From positions 131,688,001-131,752,000 of the forward strand of contig NC_042997.1 in NCBI RefSeq assembly GCF_006345805.1: 64,000 nucleotides of DNA. Reading direction: 5' to 3'. Under the pieces are notes generated by a model that saw only the letters and a list, made by a program, of their open reading frames with translations, did not search any database and was not told where the DNA came from. A program made the translations under genes and the position numbers. The DNA is from Octopus sinensis (taxonomy: Eukaryota). Shown here one piece after another: positions 27,160-39,051 of this stretch. Positions within the stretch are counted from its first letter, which is position 1; each line of letters starts with the position of its first letter.

Positions 27160-27640
27160 TAAGCTTCAGTACATCCTAGCCAGGAGAAGATTATTTCTGG
27201 TTTCCTTTGTGTCGTGAAATCATAGTTAAGTGTTGACCAAGTATTACATCTGCTGCCAATAAAGAGTTTCTTTCTCAGAGTGAAGGACAGATTGTGAGAC
27301 CTGTGTGCAGGGTGTATTGGTGCTTGAATAGAAAAGATTTGTGAAAGTTGGAAAGAAGTAAGGTAAGCATGCTCTCCTGGTTGTGTAATGTGAGTCTGAA
27401 AACTAACGAGTTGAGTGAAAATACAAGAACTAGATACAAAAGGAATTGGCTGCAATTTCCAAGGTGCGTCTGGAGGTTGACTGTTGGTTAAAGAAGTGCC
27501 AAGTGCTCCAAATGGATGGAATCTCAATATGGGATGAAGTGATGAAAACAAATCTCAAGATGCTGAAGATGATGACAAAGAACAAGACATGTTTTAAAGT
27601 GCTGTGTTGTGGTAAACTCAACCAACCTATTCCAATGTAA
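27160..27640 (+). mobile_element. Decayed RTE-clade LINE, RT C-terminal region
   Basis: Degenerate GRL*ETCVQGVL, LERSKVSMLSWLCNVSL and WDEVMKTNLKML resemble RTE ORF C-termini. Confidence 0.5.
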
Positions 27641-29400
27641 TTAAGTACACTTCCACTGGATTGTAGGCCATCAGTGACTTTTCCCCACTGTTCTCAACTC
27701 TGGGATGTCTATCTGTCTTTAATCAGTCCCATGAGTGAGAAGTTTTGAATTGTCATAAATGCTTCAGTAACAATGTCTTTTTTTTCTACCTAAGGGGTGT
27801 TGGTCCTATGCAAACCCATTTTTACTTCTGGGAAGAGGCAGTCCATATAGTCAGGTTTCTATCTTTTGACCTTTTTAACATGGGAGCCCCAACCATGAGC
27901 TTGTACTCTGTTGGCCTAGCACTCAGGGTCATTGAAGTGCACAAGTCAACACATCACAATAAGGAGTGGAATTTGTGATGGACCCAAACCATGCAAGTAT
28001 GGGAAAAAGGGCTTAAAAATTATGCTGGGAATGGTGATGTATAATATCCATATTTGGATCTCTCTCTTTCTTATTTTCTCATCTATTATTCATTCCTCTT
28101 CTCTCATTATATTGCTCTGCTAACACTCCATCTATTACATTGCCTGTATAACAAGAATGGCATCAAATTGGATCTACACTCAGTTTCTGCTTCCTTGATA
28201 TCACCTGACTTTTTTTTATATTTCTCAATCTTCTGCCACCATTATCCCTATCATTGTTGACATCTATTTCTCCAACTCTTTTATGACCACAAATTTTTAT
28301 TGCTATTCATCACTTTCTCACACATTATTCCTACCTCTACTGCACATGTTGCTTCTGTTCACTCTCCTGGCTTGTATTCATATAGTTATGTTACTCTCTA
28401 TGTCTCCCTTTACTCTCTCCTTCACTGCCCTCTCACTCCTATCACTCTGGTTCTTTGCCATGACCTTCTCACTCTGGTTCTCTTTCATCACTTTATCTTC
28501 TTTTCGCTCATGTTCATTCTATTCAACCTCCTTACTAGCAACTCTCATGTAGCTGTCTATCACACCCTCTCTTTCTTCCATTACTCTCTCTCTCTTCTAT
28601 CACCCTCTTGTTCTATCAATCTGGTTTCCAGCTTCTGCTGAGTTATCTCCTTCATGCAAATGTCCACTTTACATTTTATATTTTACAAAACTAATGAAAA
28701 AAAAAAATAGACAAAATATTGAGGTAAAATGAAACATCAAAATATGGAAAGATTGTACCTCAGCATGATTGCAGTCAAGTGACTGAAACCAGCAAAAGAA
28801 TAACATGCAAAAATAATGGCCATATTATATAGCTTTGAAAATAGTAATACCCATGCCTTTGGTGTCTCACATTGGCTATGATATAGCTTCTACTTTGATA
28901 TAACTTTATGAAAAAACAAATTCAATCAATTTTCTTAACAGATTTAATTCAAAGGAAATAATTTTGTAGTAAGCAGATAAATTCTACTTAGTTTCATTGC
29001 ATTTCATACTTATACTTAGAATATATATTTATGCTGAAAATATAAATCACGACAAAAGGAGCAGAAACTGAAAAATTGCCAATTTAGATAACATAAAAGA
29101 GAGAGGAGTGGAATGGCTTTGTACAACTTAGTCAATCTTTGATTTAATTTTCTGTCGGTCATTTTTTTATTACCCATTTCATTTATGATTTTAACCATTC
29201 ACATGTCAAAACATACTTAGTACGAATGAACTGTATTCTTACTTCAGTTTCCATAAAATAAATATTGAAATTTTAGTTTTTAATGATATTTGACTTCTAC
29301 TTTTCCAATCATAACAAAGTTGGCTTCAAACTTAGTCATTTAACTCTTTTTATACCAACCGTCTGAGTCCTGCATTAGAAAATGTTGTCATAATCATCAT

Positions 29401-29623
29401 TTAACCCTTTTGATACCAACCCGGCTGAAACCGGCTCTGGCTCTGAGTACAAATGTCTTGTTTTCATAAGTTTTGAATTAAAATCTTTTACCAAACCTTA
29501 GTCAGAATTTATGTTCCTAACGCTAGCTGAATGGTAACTAAGTTATTTTACTAAATTCTATATTTAAAATAACTGAGAGAAACATAGAGCATCTCAAAAT
29601 AAATACAGTAAAGAAAGGGTTAA
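29401..29623. mobile_element. piggyBac-type MITE, second copy
   Basis: TTAA-cccttt ... aaaggg-TTAA; shares ccggctgaaaccggctctggctctg with the reverse complement of 2531-2760. Confidence 0.8.
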
Positions 29624-30717
29624 CATCTGTGTTCCATGCTGGCATGGATTGGACAGTTTGGCAGGAGCTGGCAAGCCAGAGGTCAGTACTAGGCTCAAGT
29701 CATCTGTTTTGGTGTGGGTTCTACAGCTAGATGTCCTACCTAATACCAACCACTTTACAGATTGTACTGAGTGTTATAACATGGTGCCAGCATGGGAACC
29801 AACACAGGTGCTCTTTTACACAGCGACAGCACAGGTACTTTTTGTATTGTGCTGGCAAGGGTGCTCATTGCACGGTGCCAGCATGGGTGATTTTACATGC
29901 TGTTGACTCATTGTTCTTAAAATATCTTTAGAATAACAACCTTTAAATTAACACACAACAGAAATTTTGCATTTTGTAATTGAAAGAAGATAATTCTCAA
30001 TACTTATGATAGAGTTTATTCAGATATTTATTTAAAACAAAGTTTTGGCCATTATTTGAGTTTCACACTCTGTACTGGACAAAAGATTGGGTTATGCTCC
30101 AGTAGAATTAGAAATGGTTAATTATACCTTCACAGGTTGTTCCAATATCATCCACTTATTCCTTGACAAACCTATAAAGAAGTCTCTATACAATCACTCA
30201 ACTTGCTAAGAATAGCAAAGAAATATTCCTTACAAAATAGGTTTGTTGGATAACTTAGTCCTAAATATGATACACCTTTAAAAAAAATTTAGGTTATCAA
30301 AGCTAGGATCCTTCTGATCAGAAGTCTGTTTAAACAGTGTTGACCTGGTCCTCAACATCAATAATTCATTTTCAGTTAGAAATCATCATTATCATCATCA
30401 TTGTTTAACATCTGCTTTCCATGCTAGCATGGGTTGGACAATTTGACTGAGGACTGGTGAACCAGATGGCTGCACCAGGCTCCAATCTGATCTGGCAGTG
30501 TTTCTACAGCTGGATGCCCTTCCTAACACCAACCACTCCAAGAGTGTAGTGGGTGCTTTTACGTGCCACTGGCATGAGGGCTAGTCAGGCACTACTGGCA
30601 ACGGCCACGCTGAATGGAAATATTTGAAAGATTTTTTTTTTATTGTATGTAATAGGATTTTTACTTTGTTTGATATACATTTATTTCAGACATCATTAAA
30701 TTACTCTAATTTATGTA

Positions 30718-30748
<31 letters not shown>

Positions 30749-33022
30749 TCATATTTATATAATCACACATATTTTGTTATGCCTTGGGTGCATAAATACA
30801 CATACTGGTTCTATTTCACTTCTTTTTTATTATTAGTGTGTTGATTAGCTATTTAACCATTTAACTAATTCATTGTATGATTTAATTATTCAGTCAATCA
30901 GCTAAGTTTGTCAAAGTTCTTTCATCACCAGTCGTGGCCTCATTAATGACAACAATGGCCAAACAATTAATCAAACAGTCAATTAGTTGATTGGTTAAAT
31001 CATTAACAAAATGACTAATTAATAATAAAAGAAGTGAAATTGAACTTGTGTGTGTGTGTGATTATTACTGGCATAATGACCCTCTCAGCACAGAAGTTCA
31101 CATCAAAAATCTTACAAACCAAATACAAAAATAAAATGCATATACATATTTTTCTGGTTTTCTTGTCATTTGAAACCATAACTTCTGTGGTTATTTCAAA
31201 ATACATATTAAAACGACATTCTTGGTACTGTTATTTTTGTTTTGGTGGTATTTCACAATATAAAATGCTGAATTTGAAAGTAAAATATGTTTCTGAGAAA
31301 TAGATGGATTTCTTTGGAAAACAGAACTAGATTTGTTCTATTAATCTAAAAATTTGTCTTTCATTTATACACACACACACATACATATCACAGCCATCAT
31401 TTATGTATTTATATATATATATATATTCAAAAATAAAAGCAGGCATACTTCAACATATGTTTAGAATTACTGTATCCATAAAGAGGACATTGATTTGAAA
31501 TATATAAACTATACTTTGTCTTCTTCAGTTTATTATTATTATTATTGTTATTATATCTTCTTTGGGTTTCCCTCCTTCCTTTTTAATGAAGTACACATGG
31601 TTTTTGTACTATTCCTTTTCTTGGTAAAATAATCCACATTTCATAGTCTTTGAAATATATTTGAGGGAGACTGACATTAATTCTGTGTATGGCATGGAAG
31701 TCAAATTGTGAAAAGCTGTTTTGTTTTTATAATTGAAACAGAATCTGTGTGTTTTAATTGATTCCGATTAAATTAAAGTTTATTTATGCAAGGTTTGGAT
31801 AGTTATTTAGTTCACTTAGTATATTCATTGTAGATTTTCTAAGAAAGGATAAAAAGGGCCAAAATTTGGGACTTATTTTAGGACAGGATCTTGACATTTA
31901 AAAAGAATTTTTAAAATGGGTTTACATTTTTTTATACCATGTAAGTGTAGGAGTGGCTGTGTGGTAAGTAGCTTGACCTTTTGTGTCTTCTACTATAGTC
32001 TCGGGCCGACCAAAGCCTTATGAGTGGATTTGGTAGGCAGAAACTGAAAGAAGCCCATTGTATATATGTGTATGTATATATATATGTTTGTCCCCCCAAC
32101 ATCACTTGACAACTGATGCTGGTGTGTTTATGTCCCCGTAACTTAGTGGTTCGGCAAAAGAGACCAATAAAATAAGTACTAGGCTTCCAAAGAATAAGAA
32201 CTGGGGTCAATTTGCTTGACTAAAGGCAGTGCTCCAGCAGGGCCGCAGTCAAATGACTGAAACAAGTAAAAGAGAGAGTATAGGCAATAATATCCCCATC
32301 TCTACATGTACACACACACGTGGCTGTGTGCAAAAACAGTTAAACTGCTCGATTGCCTATTAACAATCATATTGCTATCAGTAATAGTGATACACTGACT
32401 GGTATTTGACTGATGTTCTTCTGATCTGTAATTCTAATATTATTCAAAGTCTGTAGTTTTAATGTTATTCCAAGTATAAAGTATGAATTTATGTGTTAGA
32501 AACTTCCCTTTCCCCATTAAAACTGCCAGAAATTTAAAGACAAATTATGTTGTGGAACTATTTTTAGATCTTGCTGGTTCCTCTCTGTTCTCTGTATAAC
32601 CATTCATCCATTTATTTTAGATTCAAATGACACATATATCTAGGATAGTAAATGCTTGGGTATCGATTGAGAAGCGAGAACTAATGATTTAAAGTCCATT
32701 TGAGCAGAATGTTCCACTGCAGGAATGGCTGTGTGGTAAGTAGCTTGCTTACCAACCACATGGTTCCGGGTCAGTCCCACTGCGTGGCACCTTGGGCAAG
32801 TCTCTTCTACTATAGCCTCGGGCCGACCAAAGCCTTGTGAGTGGATTTGGTAGACAGAAACTGAAAGAAGCCCATCGTATATATGTATGTGTGTATATAT
32901 GTTTGTGTCTGTGTTTGTCCCCCTAACATCACTTGACAACCAATGCTGGTGTGTTTACATCCCTGTAACTTAGCAGTTTGACAAAAGAGACTGATAGAAT
33001 AATCCAAAAACAAAATAATAAT

Positions 33023-33185
33023 AATAATATCGAATGAGAACCCAGGTTCGAAATTTCACCAAGACGTCTGATGAAGGCTGGAGGGTGTATCAGCTGAGAC
33101 GTTGTGTTAACAACAAACAGGATGAGATCAAATATCTGTCAAATGTAAATCATGTACATAATTCCTCATTTCTTAAATATAGAGC
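33023..33185 (+). mobile_element. Short interspersed element with a mutated hammerhead motif
   Basis: CTGATGA-a-ggctg(gagggtgtat)cagct-GAGA-cg-TT-gtgtt; the GAAA core is mutated to GAGA. Confidence 0.5.
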
Positions 33186-34206
33186 TCTAGTCTCTCTTAT
33201 GGTAAAAGGTGTAAAAACACCATATCTGCCCACTGTTTCCACATAGTAATTCCCAGATGCGTTTTTGGCTCTTTAGCCTTCCTCAATTAGAAATACTGAG
33301 CACAGGGCAGATAAGGTATTTTTACACCTTTTACTGTAAGAGAGGATTCTTCTTCATGATAACTACAATGAATTTACCTTTAGAAGTTGAAGTGTCAGAG
33401 ACATGTTCAAACTTACCAAAAGTTTCATTATTTCTCGTAACTGTTTGGTGCTGATGCTGCTATTAGAATGAAAGTAACATTAAAATGTTGGATGTCAAAT
33501 AAGTCAGCACTGAATCAGTGATATGAAATTGTGGTACCAGAACAGCTGTGCCAAACCATCTCATTCCTCTCTATAAGGTACACTGTGTAGTTGGTGCAGT
33601 ACCCTGGAGTTTGTGTTAGGTTTCACAGCATTAAGCAGTTGAGAGCGAGAGAGAACGACATTTTCCCATTGAGATAGCAATGAAGATTTTAGCTCAGTGT
33701 TGTAAGCTTTGAATCTCAGTAAATGGATTTATGACTGGTGAAGTTGACAAGGAGAAATATCATAAAATAGCTGCACGGTATAATTGGTCTTGAAATTTCT
33801 GGGAGATTTTAACACTGTGACAGATATCGGAAATGTTTGTTAGTTATGCACCAAGGAACTTTACTGCTTCGTGGTTTATATTTCTAATTTGATGCAAATT
33901 TGGTGTCACTTATCATCAAAGTTACTAAAAGAGCTTGTATGTTGCCATTCAGAACTGCTTGAAATAGCAGCTAAAGATCCTCAAATTACACTATAGCATC
34001 TTAATGAGGAATGACACCTTGAATAATTCAGACTAGACATAGTATGCCTAGAAAAGAAATGTTATGGATAGATGGGTAAGTTTTCTCAATCAGCATTGAA
34101 TTGTGTTTGCACAACAAATCAGAGCATTGAGCCTGCAGGGCTGTGTGGTCACTTGACTTGCTAGAAATAGTAACCCCAATCTCCCTCAAATCTCATCATA
34201 TCAATA

Positions 34207-34432
34207 TATGAGGGATGTTGAAAAGTTCCTCACTTTAGATAAAAGAAAATAAGGAGAATCAGTTAATTATGATTTTATTCAACTTTTTTCCCTATTATTC
34301 AACATATTTCCTTACACTTATTGTAGCAGTCCTTAAGTTTTTCTAAGCCCTGTAAAAGACCTTGGAAGGTTGGGCCTCTAACCAGGCCTTTCTCAATACC
34401 TTTAAAGTCAGGAAATTTTTAGCACCTCCTCA
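34207..34432. mobile_element. Mariner-type MITE
   Basis: Imperfect TIRs gagggatgttgaaaagttcctcacttt / aaagtcaggaaatttttagcacctcctc. Confidence 0.55.
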
Positions 34433-34722
34433 AAGAACAGGACGCACTGGACAACATAGTCCTATGTTCCCTATGTGTAGAACAAATGAGTCTGTAATTC
34501 CCCATCATCTTCATGTGTGTTCATAGCATTTAGTTGTTTGTGACTACTTTATAATTCCAGGGTACCCCTGTTTGAGATATCCTGCTTTAGAGCAACAACA
34601 TCAAGTAAATGAGAGAGCCTTCAATTGGTTGCTCAACTTGCTAGAAATAGCAGCCAAAATTTTTTTTTGTATTGCACTCTTTTATCTTAAGGAAAGATAG
34701 GGTGGTCAGAGCTGGAATGGCA

Positions 34723-35330
34723 TCTCTCTATATATAAATGGCAAAATGTCTGTGTGTGTGTCCTTTATACAAATCCACAATTTTTCAGTTAGAGGCATTA
34801 GGAAGGGCATCCAGCTGTAGAAACACTGCCAGATCTGACTGGCCTGGTGCAGCCTTCGGGCTCCCCAGACCCCAGTTGAACCGTCCAACCCATGCTAGCA
34901 TGGAAAGCGGACGTTAAACGATGATGATGATGATGATGATGAGGGCTCGCACTTTCTATGGTCATTCAAAACCGTCCAAGGGTGGTCGTGCACATCTTTA
35001 CATTTCCCCAGTCACCCTGCAAAGCATTTAAAAAGTCAATAGGACTGACTTTTTTGTGAATTTTCTATCCAAAACCCAATCAAAATGCCCGAAACTTGAT
35101 ACGCTACTTGAATGCCAGCTAGCTGTATGTGATTGATCAGAGATTTGGACAGTACTCGCGTGTATGTGCGCACGCACACAGCTGTATATGCATGCACTAG
35201 CGCTATAACAAATCAGAGCTGACCTGGAGTTAAACAAATACAAAATGTATAGCAACCTTACTGCTATCAACTTTATGAACTGAAAGTAGGGCTTCAAATG
35301 GTCATGCAACAGACCTAGAAAGAGAAGCCA
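34723..35330 (+). mobile_element. Possible non-autonomous Helitron-like element with a nested SINE (about 34794-34941)
   Basis: Starts a|TCtctatatataaa and is CpG-rich relative to its flanks; a 3' hairpin/CTAG end was not clearly identified. Confidence 0.3.
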
Positions 35331-36384
35331 AATGCCCTCAAATCATAATGTTCAGTCTTAAAACAGGAAGGACACATTGGACAGTATAGGATTAAACAGA
35401 AAAAGAGAGGAAAACTTTTGATCATATGTCTGTTCCAACAGAGAGCTAAGCTGGGACAAAGTAACAACAACAACAACAACAACAACCACTGTTATCAACC
35501 AGCTGATAGTGAGTAGAATGTTCTTATCAGGAATTAATTTAATTAACATTACTGATAATTAATATATTATCACTTCCATCTCTGTATCTCACCCTCTATC
35601 ACCTCTATCACAAATCTCAACTTAATGCTCCACTTCCTATGTCCTATAATCTTCTTCCACCCCTTATCATCACCTTACCCACTCCTCTATAGCCTCTTAG
35701 TTTCAATTTGTACCTGGTTGGCTGTGTTGCTAATTGGAGACTTCTACATTTCAGTGCATAAAGGGTGGTAGTTGTGTAGTTGTTGTTGATGCTGTTGTTG
35801 TTTAACCTCAGGTCAGGCATGATGGAGAAGCCCTTTGATCAAAAGCTTACTCATCATGGGCAACATATCTCCTGTCTTTTTTTTCTTTCATATGCAATCT
35901 ATTTAGGAATATATTATCTTTGTGCATCTTTGCATTTATGTGATAGCAGGGTTTGATTTTAGGAAAATTAGGCTGCTATTTCTAGCAGGGGGAGTGAGCA
36001 TTTAGATGTCCCCTCATATGCTAGATAGTAGTTGTGGTTGTGTTGGTGGTGGTTGTAGAATGACAGTGGAAGTGTTGTTGTGTAGCTCCAAGCCAACCTG
36101 ACTAAATATACGTAAGTCACAAAGCTAGCCAGAGCTTAATTGTATGTGGCACCTTGGTGCTCTTTAAACATGTTGCACCTCTACTGTGCAGTCTGTTTTT
36201 GTATTTCTAACTTCTGGTGGTGACCATAGCTGAGTTGGAGAAGATGAGCTCTCAAAAGATGCTGTCTGCTCTTCTACCTTTATTATTGGTGCTGTGATGT
36301 GCATCAAAGCACAAATGTTTGGAACAAATGACATTCTTGATGCAACTGCTGCTACTTTTGCATGTGTGCATTTAAATAATAATA

Positions 36385-36895
36385 ATAATGAAATTATTAT
36401 CTACAGTGTTCAGGTGCACCACAACTTGTCAAAAGTTCGTATAAAGCATATGCAGTAATGTACAAATGTCTGGGAAGTGAACAGTGTATGAATCAGATAC
36501 ATGCTTGCATGTGTATGGAGGGGAGAAAATCAGGTGTAGTGTTGGCGAATCTCAGGAAGCATGGAAGTTTTGAAGGATGCAGTGCTCTGACAACTAACAA
36601 CTGATGTCGGCAGTTTGTTCCATACATCAGCAACTCTTAGCGTGAAATAATCTTTCTGAAAGTCATGGGAGCTGTGCTGTTTTCTGACTTTGTAAACATG
36701 TCCACGGGTGTTAGACAAGTGGAATTTGAAAAGGTGCTCAGAGTTATAGTTAATAAGATGGTTAATAACTTTATGGGTGTCTGCCAAGTCAGCTGCCTGA
36801 CGTCAGAGTTTCCATGTATCCATGCCCAGGGAAATAAGGCGTTCAGAATATGGCAAATGCTTGATGGAGGGTATTCTCTTGGTTGTACGTTTTTT
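36385..36895 (-). mobile_element. Second 3' fragment of the same CR1 family
   Basis: Reverse complement closely matches about 12130-12620 (HLFKFHLSNTRGHVYKVRKQHSS...WNKLP). Confidence 0.85.
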
Positions 36896-37197
36896 TTATG
36901 TTTGTCTGGATTACAAGAGATGAGAGGAAGTGTTGCATTATTCTAGTAAAAGTGTGACATGGGAAAATGAACATTAAATGATGATGATGATGTGGTATAC
37001 TTTTTAAAAGTGCATCTAAAGCACTTTGGTTTATAGGCTTCATGCTTAATGAGAGGATCATTAAGTAACACAGGATACTTAATGATTCTTTCAGCTCCTA
37101 ATTGGAATATTTTAATGAATCATTGTATGAAGTTTTTTTTTTTCAACATTTATTTTTCTCAATATTTAAATAATTTTTTAAAATTCGTATGTTTTAG

Positions 37198-37261
37198 GTG
37201 GAGTGGACAAGAATTGCCGGCCTCAAGTTTCAAATCTTCGACCTGGCAGTATTGCACACAG
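37198..37261 (+). CDS. GRIP1: Next GRIP exon (PDZ1 continued): (G)GVDKNCRPQVSNLRPGSIAH(R)
   Basis: Acceptor atgttttAG and donor GTaaac; 64 bp, phase 1 to phase 2. It joins in frame to exon 11478-11549 and aligns with recalled human GRIP1 [22 protein letters not shown]. Confidence 0.92.
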
Positions 37262-37334
37262 GTAAACAAATTTTTCTCTTTTTTTTTAATTTATTAAAGG
37301 CTTTAATCTGTCTTTATGTTAGATGTGTGTATAT

Positions 37335-37665
37335 TTTCTCTTCAATGCCATCACGCTTCAGGACCAGTTTCTGCAACAGCCTGGGTTTCAAGGGCCCACA
37401 GCTTTTTAATATTCTCCCAAAAAGTCTGAGGAACTTGCACAAAGTAGATGTAGGGGTTTTTAAATCAAAGCTGGACCTCTACCTGTCAAGAGCTCCAGAT
37501 GAACCTACCTCATGGCAAGAGGTGCAAATGAGGGTAGCTATATCAAACTCCATGCTTCACCAAGTGCCACATATTAGAGGAGGCTCTTAGTAATAACAGT
37601 GTAGCAAAACGGCGGTGCATCAGCATGGCCACAGCTCTGAGCTGAAACTAGAGAGAAAAAAAATA
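37335..37665 (+). mobile_element. 3' end of a different CR1/L2-group LINE
   Basis: Peptide NSLGFKGPQLFNILPKSLRNL...FKSKLDLYLSRAPDEP is typical of CR1-group ORF2 C-termini; followed by a 3' UTR and an A-rich tail. Confidence 0.7.
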
Positions 37666-38064
37666 AAGGAGGAGGAAATCTTGTTGATCAAATACACCAT
37701 TTCATCACACGGTGGCTAGGTGTGATGAAAACTCCTACCCCACTACCTGGTTACTAAGTAGGTAAGAACAGGGAGAGACAGAAAGACTTTCATAGTCCAA
37801 AATAATAATAAATTCAATTCTGTGAATTGAATTTATTTAATTTTTTTAGCTCCAAGATGAGAAAGAGGTAGCAAAACTGGTTAAGTACCAAATCAAATTA
37901 TCCTTACAGTATTTATGTTTCTTTAACTTCTTGGTTCCCATTTTCCTGATTCCAGTCTAATGAAAGGTAATCAAATCACTTTTGATCTGTTAATAAAATA
38001 AGTATGAGTCAAGCAATGGGGTTGATTAAATCAACCACATCTCTCCGTATAAAATTTGCAGCTT

Positions 38065-38237
38065 AAAGTCATAAATTTAGTTAGAAATAAAGAGCTGTTT
38101 CCATGCCATTTGTGGGCTTTCTTAGATAGGTGAAGTTAATGCAGCTTTGTACTTCAGATGAAAGTCATAAATTTAGTTATAAATAAAGAGCAGTTTCCAT
38201 GCCATTTGTAGGCCTTCTTAGATTGGTGAAGTTAATG
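38065..38237. repeat. Local tandem duplication with a 96 bp period
   Basis: aaagtcataaatttagtta...ggtgaagttaatg at 38065 and 38161. Confidence 0.85.
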
Positions 38238-38528
38238 GAGATGATGTTAAGATTAAAAGCCACTATGACAATTGTAGAAAGGAAGGGACTTCGAGAAGAA
38301 AGCTGTTTTGGAGGAGGAATGTTTATGAAGGTTGTTTAGTGTGGTGGAATTTGGTGAATAAAGTTTTGTAAGGATATGAAATGAAGACATACTGTTGCTG
38401 AAAATGGTATGTAACCAGTGAGTAATTAAGAGCAGGAACTATTGTAATAATGGAGAAAGAGACCAAGAGAAAACACAGCATATTTCTATGTCATTGATTG
38501 TTGAGTATTGGATAGTAGATCATAACTA

Positions 38529-39051
38529 CTGTAAATCCTTGAATATAATCTACATTTTTTCCCCAAAATTTAACAGTCAAAATCCCTAGTGCGTACTATA
38601 TATGATGCTAAAAATGAAAAATATTTTCTAAGCAATGTCCGAGTCTCTATTTTCTGTCTGGCAATGTTTATTCAGATGCATTTTGTGATGTCAGGCACGA
38701 AAATACTTTAAGCTAAGCCTGAAAGCAATGAAGTCACAAAAGAATCATCCATTACTTGCAGTAAACAACATTTATTAAAATAAAAGTATTCAGAACACAG
38801 AATAACATGTAACAAAAACAATTTGCAAACATATTTTCATTCCCATATAACAGTTAAGAACATTACCATTATTGTATTACGCATGCGCGGAAGTGTTTGT
38901 TCGACTAAGTGCCGCTGGCTTAATTACGCACGACTCAAGTTAGAGAAGAGGTGCATATTGTACACAAGGTTTAGGTTTTTCAGAGGCACAGCCCCACTAA
39001 AAATTCCCTGCATATTATACTCAAGGGCGGACTATACTCTAGGATTTACGG
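38529..39051. mobile_element. Tc1/pogo-type MITE with TA TSD
   Basis: TA-ctgtaaatccttgaatataatc ... gactatactctaggatttacgg-TA. Confidence 0.75.
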
